Assembly: GCA_002269645.1 (NCBI GenBank)
Contig: NIVC01004058.1
Coordinates: forward strand, 1 to 62,271
Length of the DNA: 62,271 nt
Source of the DNA: Macrostomum lignano
Lineage: Eukaryota
Direction of reading: 5' to 3'
Below are positions 22,068-50,270 of this stretch, piece by piece. Under the pieces are notes generated by a model that searched no databases, was not told where the DNA came from, and saw only the letters and a list, made by a program, of their open reading frames with translations. Each line of letters opens with the position of its first letter. Position 1 is the first letter of the stretch. The translations under genes were made by a program, and so were the position numbers.

Positions 22068-24181
22068 CCCAGCTAATGCTGGCACCCATTTTACAGCTGG
22101 GTAAACTGAAGCAATGCAGAATTCAGTGTCTTGCTCAAGGACACAAATTGTTCCGAGTGGCTTGAGAATCGAACCCCCGACCTTTCAGTCCTGAGTCCGA
22201 CACTCTAACTACTGGACTACAACCCTCTCTAGGATTTCAGGATGCCAAATCGGAAACCGACATCCCAGCTGGCATCAGTCAAAAATGTTAAATATAGACG
22301 ATACAAGGTAATGCAAGGCTTCTCTCACTAACCTTCTACTCCAATCCTCGTAGAAATCCCGTTTAAGCCGGCGCTTAGCAACTAGCAGGGTGCGCAGGCC
22401 CTCCCTGGCCAGGTTGCCGACCTCCTCCTCCAGCCAGTCCACCGGCTGCACCAGGGCACCAATGACGGTGTCAGCGCCTTTGGCGTAGAACGCGATATCG
22501 CCAGTAGCCTCGTCTCGAACAACAATGCCCATCCGTTTAGTCTCGGAGCTGAACGGGAACAGGTGCAGCACAGTGTAGGCCAGCTCAGCGCCAGCCGGCG
22601 TCCTCAGCCGCATGCTAGTCTGGTCACGGTGCACCAGAGCCAGGCCGACTTCGGCTGTCCAACTGACCAGAGCCACCTCGTCAGGACTGCTGGCCTGGTA
22701 GGCCGGCGCTCCGCCGCTGTCGGCTCCGGCCTCGTCGTAGACTGGCGTCACATTGTGGCACAGGGCGACGGCTCGGACAGCTTCGGCCGTCCGGGCGGCC
22801 AGATCGGCACCGAGCCGAGTCACCGAGTCCGGGCCGCCGCCACCGCTGCCGCCTTCTCCGCCTCCGCCGGCGTTGGCTGCGAGGCCGGCTTGAAGAAGCG
22901 AGCGAACTTCGTCGTGCGAATCGGCCTCGTCTGTGTACACCGTTGAGCCGAGGTGGAGCTTCTTGAACACCTGGATTAGCGAAAAGCAGTGTCGCTCTTA
23001 CTCTGTGTGTCCTCAGAATCCCGATTCCCTAACTGACAATCCCGATTCCCTAACTGACAATCCCGATTCCCTAACTGACAATCCCGATTCCCTAACTGAC
23101 AATCCCGATTCCCTAACTGACAATTCCGATTCCCTAACTGACAATTCCGATTCCCTAACTGACAATTCCGATTCCCTAACTGACAATTCCGATTCCCTAA
23201 CTGACAATCCCGATTCCCTAACTGACAATCCCGATCCCTAACTGACAATCCCGATTCCCTAACTGACAATTCCGATTCCCTAACTGACAATTCCGATTCC
23301 CTAACTGACAATTCCGATTCCCTAACTGACAATCCCGATTCCCTAACTGACAATCCCGATCCCTAACTGACAATCCCGATTCCCTAACTGACAATTCCGA
23401 TTCCCTAACTGACAATTCCGATTCCCTAACTGACAATCCCGATTCCCTAACTGACAATTCCGACTCCCTAACTGACAATCCCGATTGCCTTAACTGACAA
23501 TCCCGATTCCCTAACTGACAATTCCGATTCCCTAACTGACAATTCCGATTCCCTAACTGACAATCCCGATTCCCTAACTGACAATCCCGATTGCCTTAAC
23601 TGACAATTCCGATTCCCTAACTGACAATCCCGATTCCCTAACTGACAATCCCGATTCCCTAACTGATAATTCCGATTCCCTAACTGACAATTCCGATTCC
23701 CTAACTGACAATTCCGATTTCCTAACTGACAATCCCGATTCCCTAACTGACAATCCCGATTTAATTATATTTTAAATAGATATTAAAACGAACGAAAGAG
23801 TGAGAGACGGAGCAATTGAGTAATTGAGTAATTGAGTAATTGAGTTTTGAAAAGTATGACTCACCATTTCATTCTCAGTCAGAGTGCCAGTCTTATCGCT
23901 CAGCAGGTAGCTGATCCTGCCCAGCTCTTCGGGTATGGTGGTGTTCCGCACTATGTTGCCTTCGAGCTTCTTGTCCCGCATGATAAAGAACGAATAGGTC
24001 ATCTTGGCGACGTCTAAGTTGACGCGAAGTCTACGAGGCAAGGGTGCGATTATATAGGCATATACGAGCTAGAACACAAGGATTCACTTCACTCAGTAAA
24101 ACAATAGTTAATTGCAACTGATAAAGGTCAAATTTGAGTACACGCGCAGATAAACAGAGACAGACAGGCAAGCAGTCAGAA

Positions 24182-24214
<33 letters not shown>

Positions 24215-24221
24215 GTCAGTC

Positions 24222-24296
<75 letters not shown>

Positions 24297-24530
24297 CTCT
24301 GACAGACAGACAGACACTCTGACAGACAGACAGACAGACACTCTGACAGACAGACAGACAGACAGACAGACACTCTGACAGACATGACAGACAGACAGAC
24401 AGACACAGACAGACAGACAGACAGACAGACACTCTGACAGACAGACAGACAGACAGACAGAAAGACAGACACTCTGACAGACAGACAGACAGACAGACAC
24501 TCTGACAGACATGACAGACAGACAGACTCT

Positions 24531-24582
<52 letters not shown>

Positions 24583-24652
24583 CTCTGACAGACATGACAG
24601 ACAGACAGACAGACACTCTGACAGACATGACAGACAGACAGACAGACACTCT

Positions 24653-24712
<60 letters not shown>

Positions 24713-27700
24713 CTCTGACAGACATGACAGACAGTGAGACAAGACAATAAACTGCTGCTCAAAAACATTACGAGTAATTAATACATACAAATCAAATTAA
24801 AAAGAACACGAAAATGCAGACACTCACGCGAGCGGCACAATATAGGAGAACAGCAGGAAGAATCGCCAAAAATATTTGTACCACTGGCCGCCGAATCCTT
24901 TCAAAGCTAGCAGCGCCAGGGACAGAAGCAGCACGCAGGCTACCAGTACTTTAGTAATATTGTTAATTTCCACATCCGTCATGCCAAATTTACTTCTAGG
25001 CTTGGAATTATTCATCACGGCTCTGGTCTCCGGCCCGGTGTAGACAACCAGACCCAGGGCCCAACCAGAGGCAACAACCGTGTTAGCCCAGACGGTGTTC
25101 TCTACAGACAAAGCCATCTGCTGCTGCTCCGGCTGTTGCTGCTGGTCAGGTGACAGCCTAGCAACAGTCAGAGTGCCAATAAAGCCGTGAATATCTCTGC
25201 CTGGTCGCTCAGCGTAGACGCTGCCGCCCAGGTCCAGCAGATCTTCGTCTCGTTCAACAGCCTGGGTGACGGTGGGCGCCAGCCGGAGCTTCCAGTCGGT
25301 CTCGCCGTCCAGTTGGTCCGTGCGCAGATAGCAGGTGCCTTGACGGTCGGAGGTGCGCAGCAGCACCAGGTCGGCTGGGACGCGCTGGTTTTTGCCAACG
25401 CGAACCACGTCGCCGACCTGTGGATTTTGGGAGCCAGAAACTTCAATTGTAAGTGCACTGTAATTTGGGATCCTTCAGCTGTCAACCCTCCCTGATCCTT
25501 CAGCTGCCACCCCTCCCCGATCCTTCAGCTGCCACCCCTCCCTGATCCTTCAGCTGCCACCCCTCCCCGATGCTTCATCTGCCACCCCTCCCTGATCCTT
25601 CAGCTGCCACCCCTCCCCGATGCTTCAGCTGCCACCCCTCCCTGATCCTTCAGCTGCTACCCCTCCCCGATCCTTCAGCTGCCACCCCTCCCTGATCCTT
25701 CAGCTGCCACCCCTCCCTGATCCTTCAGCTGCCACCCCTCCCTGATCCTTCAGCTGCCACCCATCCCCGATCCTTCAGCTGCCACCCTCCCCGATCCTTC
25801 AGCTGCCACCCTCCCCGATCCTTCAGCTGCCACCCATCCCCGATCCTTCAGCTGCCACCCTCCCCGATCCTTCAGCTGCCACCCATCCCCGATCCATCAG
25901 CTGGCACCCCCTCCCCGATCCATCAACTGGAGCTGCCGTGCCCAGAGCAAAGTATAGTTAATCACCATCAAACTCACCCGCAACGCACTACTCGGAACAG
26001 TCTGCGCCCCAGCCTTGCTCAGCCGCTCATAGGCGGTGCCATTCACCTCCCGGTCGCGCAGGTAGCGCCGAATATCGTCAACAGCTTCGCGCACCATGGT
26101 AACTGAGACAACAAAAGCCAGCGGGCCCCAATAGGTGTACAAGTAGCCAATGCGAAGCTGAGGTATAAACTGAGACAGCGCCATCACTAGGAAGCAGAAA
26201 TTTAGAAAGTTTTTAAACTGTTCGAACAGAACCAAGGGTAGGAAGGTGAGCACTGAGTATTTCTGATTGCGTATGACGTTAGCCGGATGGTTAGACTTGC
26301 GGTCTGGGATGCCAACGCGCACAACTCGCGGCACGTACTGCTTCTCGCGTCTGGCACAGGCGCAGCACGAGGCCCAGCACCTGGATGGTTAAGCATATTT
26401 GAAAACAATATAGTTTGGTCCACTTTTACCATGATATACCACTAAATAACACATTAGGTGAAAATTTCAGTGGTGCAAAAGCTTTTCAAGATGTTTGTTG
26501 CACACCTTTAGAAACAAGAATCAAGTTGCCAGTCTTCTAGAATCTAGAGTAACAAGATATTCAATGATTCTGCCAGGTCAGACTTTTTCCACCATTGCGC
26601 TAGTGCACTCACCCATTCATCCAATCAGCTGCTCCAATCAGCACTGCACTATTCCATAATAGAACCCCCTACTTTAAACCTTCAATTTTTTCATTAGCTT
26701 GTTGACCAACCATGTGTCAGCATCATCTCTGACTTAGGTTAGGTGGCTACTGGCCTTCAAGAAGGGGGAACTTCTAGATCTTTTATAGATGACACTTGGT
26801 GCCTATAGACTAGACTCTATGGTATAAATTTCTCTCATATCACTAGCACTAGAGCCATAGATAAGCCACCAACATTAGGCCATTAACTTCAATGGCTAGA
26901 CACACTCAACCAATCTCTCAAATAGAGCCAAGAAACAACTCAATATTTTGGTTGAGTTGAGTAGTTCACTAAACTTTGAGGATTTAAGCCTAGTTTTTTT
27001 AGTTATACTTTGTCAAGTAATATAAAAAATTAGATTTTTATGCATTTAACCCTATTGGAATAAGTTAATAATTGCAAATAGCTATCCACAGCATATCTGT
27101 CCTTTTTGCTATATTTTATATTTTTTGTATTTTTTGAAGTGTAATATCATTTCTATTAGTGATGGACTGAATGTAGATTTTACAAGTTTCTGAAACCAAA
27201 TCCAAATGTACAAAAAAAATTTGAATCTGAATATCCAAATAAGTTTCTGAATATAGACAAAAGTAAATGGTAAATGGCAAGAGTAACATGACACCTTTCA
27301 GTGATAAAAATGCCTTGTCATCCAATTAGTAATTATATTAGTACTGTACATTAATTTACTGATAAGATTCAATCTAATCTTAGGCTTATACTATATCTAT
27401 CTAGTATCTGAATTAAATTGAACTTACAATTGAACTCAATTTTTATGTATCTAATCTAACTAATTCCAATTACTAATATTAACTGATATTACATTTGTGC
27501 AATTTGATAACTTTACCATGTACAGTGTGCATAAAGTCCATTGCATTTGCATTTTGAAAAAAAGTGATAATTACACTTGAACAATGATTATTGCAATTAA
27601 ATGTTTCTGTGACTTTAGGTTGCATGCCTCAAAGGTCCTGATGTTAAGTAACTTTAAAAATATATATTATTGCAAATACAGACAATTGTAAAAATGAACA

Positions 27701-29039
27701 ATATTATATAAAATTTTGCATTCTTGTTTTTTTTAAATTTACTTTCTTTTTAAAAGTTGTATTTCTTTTTTACATTTGCATATTTTGTTTTGGCTTTTTG
27801 CTTTTTTCATATTCAGAAGCACATTTGTAAATTTGGAAAATAAAATTTCCAAATTTGAAACTTTTGGATTTCTAAAAAAGTGAGACTTTTATTGGATTTG
27901 GATTCTGAATCTAAACATTTGGATCCATCACTAATTTCTATCAATTTTCCCTATTGTAACCAATAGCCATTATTGTAGATAGCATCTAGCGCAAATTGGC
28001 CCTAGTGGTAATGTAGTACATGGCTATGCAAATGATATATAAATGGAAAGGTTACATAATTGTCAATGAGTAGCCATAAACCTAAAAAAGGTCTTTTATT
28101 GTTGCAACCCAAAAAAAGTTACAATTATTGCAACAAACCTGAAACCTAAGCTATTTTTATAGGCCTTTATCTATATTGCATATCCCTAAGTTTTTTAAAC
28201 TTAAGAATTTAAAAACTCTATTGATAGTTAATTAAAATAAAACTCAAAAAGTAAACTTTAAAAAGTCTATATAATTTATATAGAAAAAGCTGTTTAACAA
28301 TAAAAAAAATAAATAATTAGGCCTACATATAAATACAAAAAACCTTTGTAACTTTTGCCAACACATTTTCATAGATCTTGTAACATTTAAAATGTTGCAA
28401 AGTGTAGGAAAAAGTGGAATAGTTAACTTTTTCTGACACATTTTCAGACATCCCAATTCTCAATGAAAATTGAAAATATATCAACAAAAGTTAACTAGCC
28501 TATCAACAAAAGTATTAAAATGTGTCATAATAGACAATAGTTAACTTTTGCCAACACATTTTTAGACACCCTGATGAAAATGTGTCAACAAAAGTTAACC
28601 ATTATAATAGTCAAGACTTTTTGTGACACTTGTGTCATAAGTGTTAGATGTGTCTAATAAAAATACATTAGCAATAGTTATATAAAGGCCTATTCAAAGA
28701 CTAACTTATAAGATTTATTATTTGTAGTTACATAAAGATAAAAGTAGGCAGCAATGTTGTTTTTGCATTTTGTCTTCATTCTTCATTCTTTAGCTCAATT
28801 CCAAGTTTCAACAAGTTAACAACATACCTTTCATACCATGGTTTAGTGCTGGATCCCCCTCTGGTTGATCTAGCAGTGTTATCAATTCCATTTCTAGGAT
28901 TCGCGCCAGCAAATTCATCAAATGATGAGTATTGTGCTGTTTCATTCAACTCATCATGATCAAGCAAATGAGATGACATTTTTTCTGCAGGTCTAGAACG
29001 ACTAGAATTGATGTTTTGCATCCGAAAAGAGTCTGTCAT
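18445..29039 (-). CDS. ATP9: P4-type ATPase phospholipid flippase, ATP9A/B (Neo1/TAT-5) class, about 1103 aa
   Basis: Exons 28828-29039, 25978-26380, 24828-25417, 23865-24030, 22333-22970, 21350-21713, 19956-20237, 18953-19472 and 18445-18581; all phases are consistent (total 3312 nt). Motifs [35 protein letters not shown], and C-terminus FLWKVSAIT...SPPIARKL. The start could instead be the second Met at 29021. Confidence 0.93.
18675..18930. repeat. 22-nt minisatellite, ATP9 intron 8
   Basis: Unit TAGATCAGCTTCCATACCGCTC; about 11 copies. Confidence 0.95.
19510..19935. repeat. 23-nt minisatellite, ATP9 intron 7
   Basis: Unit GGACATCTATACACCCAATAGCC with variants; about 18 copies. Confidence 0.93.
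20455..21300. repeat. 21-nt minisatellite, ATP9 intron 6
   Basis: Unit GGGGATTATCAGC(T/A)AGGGGAT; about 38 copies including variants. Confidence 0.95.
21928..22224 (-). mobile_element. CORE/MIR-like SINE family B, copy 2 (ATP9 intron 5), with internal (CA)n
   Basis: Same tRNA-like head and GGCACCCATTTTACAGCTGGGTAAACTGAAGC core as copies 1 and 3. The 3' part CAGCTCAGCCGCAGCTATTGCGCGGCGCATCTGAAGGCTGCGTACGG is identical to copy 3. Confidence 0.88.
23015..23762. repeat. 21-nt minisatellite, ATP9 intron 4 (inverted relative of the intron 6 array)
   Basis: Unit CCCTAACTGACAAT(C/T)CCGATT; about 35 copies. Confidence 0.96.
24160..24740. repeat. (GACA)n microsatellite, ATP9 intron 3
   Basis: GACA repeats with recurring CACTCTGACA and CATGACA interruptions. 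Confidence 0.97.
25467..25930. repeat. 24/25-nt minisatellite, ATP9 intron 2
   Basis: Unit GATCCTTCAGCTGCCACCCCTCCC(C/T); about 18 copies. Confidence 0.96.
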
Positions 29040-32000
29040 TCCAGAGGCAGAGGAAATCACCAGAAACACATCCAGCTTAAAGTACTAAAGATACCTAGGC
29101 CAACTGTTAAAAGATAAACTCCAAAATCGTGCTAAAATAGCCAGGGTTAGAAGTTAAATGAAACAATATAAAACTGTTGTTGTCGGCCGTCCGACCATGA
29201 TGCAGATCCGAAAAGCGCCAGTTGCTCACAGTTAAATGGCACTGTACGTACACACGAAACACAATTAAATTCATTATGTAAATTATTATTATGTTGAAAA
29301 TAGTTGTTTTGATATTCTTTACCAGATGGTTTTCCTTTATTATGTTTAATTTGTTTAACTTTATTGACACTCTCAGTCTTTGAATATCTTAACAATTATG
29401 GTGACAGTCCTGCCTGCTATCCGTCAGTAAGTTTGTATTTTGCCATACACTATCGTTCCCAATTTATTTATTACTTTTAAAGTTCGACCGTATGTCAATG
29501 GTAAGTTGCCAATATGGTTTCTGATTGCTCACTCATTGAGCAGAAATGAACGAACCAAGTGCTCAAATAGGGTCCCAAGCCCAACATCTATTTATTATGA
29601 ATATGCACAATAAAAAACCAAATTAGGCTTTAAATCTTTCAAAAGTATGAATTGATAGAAGTATCAATTATTGACTGTATTTAATTGACGTACAGTCGTC
29701 ACCAACCCAAGATTTTGCATTGGTGCTATGTCGTGTCGTGTGCTATGATTTACTTTATTTATTATTAATTCATATTGTTCTGCATAAAAAATGTGAATAA
29801 TGATCGTCAAATTGCATTTGCTAGACAATGATCAAATTTCACCACTCGTTGGCTTTGATAATTATATTTGAGTCGCGCAGGCCGTGGATTACATACAAAG
29901 AACTGCCAAATACTGCCAGATAAGCCATAGACTCGCTTCGCTCGGAGATTCAGTATGGCTCATCTCCTGGTATCAGGTATGACCAAACCCTAAGTGGCCG
30001 ACACGTCAGTCGTCAGATCCCATTTCTGAATCCCTAAACATATCCGATTACTGAATCCCCCAAAAGATTCATTCCTGCGGGCGAATTCGCACTAAATTGA
30101 ACGCAGATTTCATCAAATAGAGCGAAAAAGACATACGCTCGTATTTGACCTCTGAAATCATGAAACCTTATTATTTTCTTTTGCAGCTCCATTGATGCGA
30201 TAACCTTGAGTTCAGTTGAACTTTAACTGTTCTGTTTGATCCTGCATGCTCACACATGCAGTAGCCATGACCGGATTTAGCCAACAGAAACTGTCCTGTC
30301 GACTTGAAAATTGAAACTACACGTATGTACTCTTTCCAGATTTATTATTTAATTTGAATACACAAAATCCCTATCTCTTGAATCGATAAAAAACTGACGC
30401 AGAAAAGAAAATTCATAATTTCACGAGGATGTCAGGCTGGCTAAGCTCAAGTGATACACCAACAGCGCCAGTTAACGTTGTTTATTCAATTCGATATCGC
30501 GGGAGTCGCATAAAGTCGCACAGTAGTAAAGTATCAAATTTAAACAACATTTACGCACGCACGTCAAGAAAAGTAAAAAAAAACCACAAGAGAACTGATA
30601 GAAAGATACCAGTCTAGGCGCTGGGTGACGCTTCCAAAATTTATAATTGTAGTCTTAACATCGCAAGACAACGCATAATTATTTTTCAAGGCCGATTGAG
30701 TCGATCAAGTTTTTCACTGTTGCTAGTCAAAAAAAGAAATGCACATACCATCGTATTAAAAATAAATTCCTTTTACACAAAATATAAATATCCAAAGAAA
30801 ATTCTTAATTACCGTTTCCAATTGGAAAATTTTTAAGCCAATTTAAAACACGAAAAATAAGTAGGAGATTGTTGGGCAAAGTCTGCACTACAATGACGCA
30901 TCTTTTAGTTGCGCAAAGAGGCACCTACGGTTTCAATGGAGCAGTTGCTGTGAACTTAATTTCGTTTAAAAAATAGTGCAAACACGACTGACCACTGACT
31001 GCTGCTCTCATAAATTTATACGAGAGAATGCGGGTGAAGTCCTACACGGGTTCATAGGTTAGCAAAAAGCATTTTCAATTTTGTTTAAGAAGCCGAGCAT
31101 TCAATCGTTAAAACGATAAGTCGACTGATGTCCCGAATACGGGACAAGCAGCCACTTCTGAGTTCTATGGTAAAAACTAAAAACTAATGTAAATTGATTT
31201 CGTATGGTGGACACTCCAGCTCCATTTGCACGGTGGGCATGACTTGTCTTAGACATGACTTCTCTGCCTGTGTCTGTACCACAGACCATAGACGGCGTTT
31301 TGACCATAGACGAAAGTAGACGCATTTTGGTCGAATATGATTTGGCAGTGTCTTAACATGAATGCCGGAATTCTTAAAGAAAATGAAAATGCTATACACC
31401 TTTTTCCACTCAATCTCAACAAAACTCGCATTCTAGTTCGGCAAGCCGAGATTTGTCTTCATCATTCTATATTCCATATAGTGCATTCTATAGTACTGTC
31501 AGCTGGAAGCGAACTTCAAGAGACAGCCCTCGGTAAAAGAGGGATGCTATAGAGTGCCATAATTACTGTGTAGTACATTACGAGTATAATAAATCATAAT
31601 GAGTTAAGAACATAAACTCGGCAGGTCACCCGGTCGAAGATATCAGCTTCAGTAAGTCAAAATTCTTATTAATTAGAAAAAATTACACGCGGCACAAAAA
31701 ATCGATGCGTAAAACCAAAATTTTTGGATGGTTCGTAAATTACACGACAACATAAAGCTATTGTAGTACGAATTGAAGGCGAGCGAAAGCTACGAGCTTT
31801 AACACCAATTTAATTTGCTGACGCGATTTTTTAAAATTTTTTAGATTCGTATGTAAAGTTCGACAGATGAAAAATGAGAATCTAAAAGTATGGAGAAGAT
31901 TATATAAAAGGCATAAAAGTGAAACAAAAATAGGACCTACTTTAGTAGAAAATAACAATTACAATTAACACTTAAATTATATTTATGATCAATTACATTG

Positions 32001-32139
32001 AAAAGTTAATTAAAATTAGCTCGATACTTTAAAAGCCAGTTGTCTACCAATCCAGACGAATGCAGGTAAAAGTCTAAATCTCCCAACAATAGATCCTAGC
32101 TTTCTAACTAGCGAAATTGTTAGTTAATCAGGAAGCTAA

Positions 32140-33008
32140 CTGACGAACTAGCTTACCGGGGACCCAGGCGTAGCTAACCGGAGACCCAGGCGTAACTAAC
32201 CGGGGACCCAGGCGTAGCTAACCGGGGACCAAGGCGTAGCTAACGGGGGACCCAGGCGTAGCTAACCAGGACCCAGACGTAACTAACCGGGGACCCAGGC
32301 GTAGCTAACCGGGGACCAAGGCGTAGCTAACCGGGGACCCAGGCGTAGCTAACCAGGAGCCCAGGCGTAGCTAACCAGGAGCCCAGGCGTAGCTAACCGG
32401 GTACCCAGGCGTAGCTAACCGGGGACCCAGGCGTAGCTAACCGGGTACCCAGGCGTAGCTAACCGGGGACCCAGGCGTAGCTAACCAGGACCCAGACGTA
32501 ACTAACCGGGGACCCAGGCGTAGCTAACCGGGGACCAAGGCGTAGCTAACGGGGGACCCAGGCGTAGCTAACCGGGACCCAGACGTAACTAACCGGGGAC
32601 CCAGGCGTAGCTAACCGGGGACCAAGGCGTAGCTAACCGGGGACCCAGGCGTAGCTAACCAGGAGCCCAGGCGTAGCTAACCAGGAGCCCAGGCGTAGCT
32701 AACCGGGTACCCAGGCGTAGCTAACCGGGGACCCAGGCGTAGCTAACCGGGACCCAGGCGTAGCTAACCGGGACCCAGACGTAACTAACCGGGGACCAAG
32801 GCGTAGCTAACCGGGGACCCAGGCGTAGCTAACCAGGAGCCCAGGCGTAGCTAACCAGGAGCCCAGGCGTAGCTAACCGGGTACCCAGGCGTAGCTAACC
32901 GGGTACCCAGGCGTAGCTAACCGGGGACCCAGGCGTAGCTAACCGGGACCCAGACGTAACTAACCGGGGACCAAGGCGTAGCTAACCGGGGACCCAGGCG
33001 TAGCTAAC
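32140..33008. repeat. 22-nt minisatellite downstream of the kelch gene stop codon
   Basis: Unit GTAGCTAACCGGGGACCCAGGC; about 39 copies with recurring variant blocks. Confidence 0.96.
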
Positions 33009-33067
33009 AATTCCGGACAAGTTAATACAAGTCTGAGAAGCACAAAGCCGTACCAGCCCATCTCAGA

Positions 33068-50270
<17,203 letters not shown>

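Noticed and set aside
31715-31735. AATTTTTGGA Sm-site-like motif (possible snRNA or SL RNA)
   Set aside because: No recognisable snRNA or SL stem-loops or leader-donor arrangement around it.
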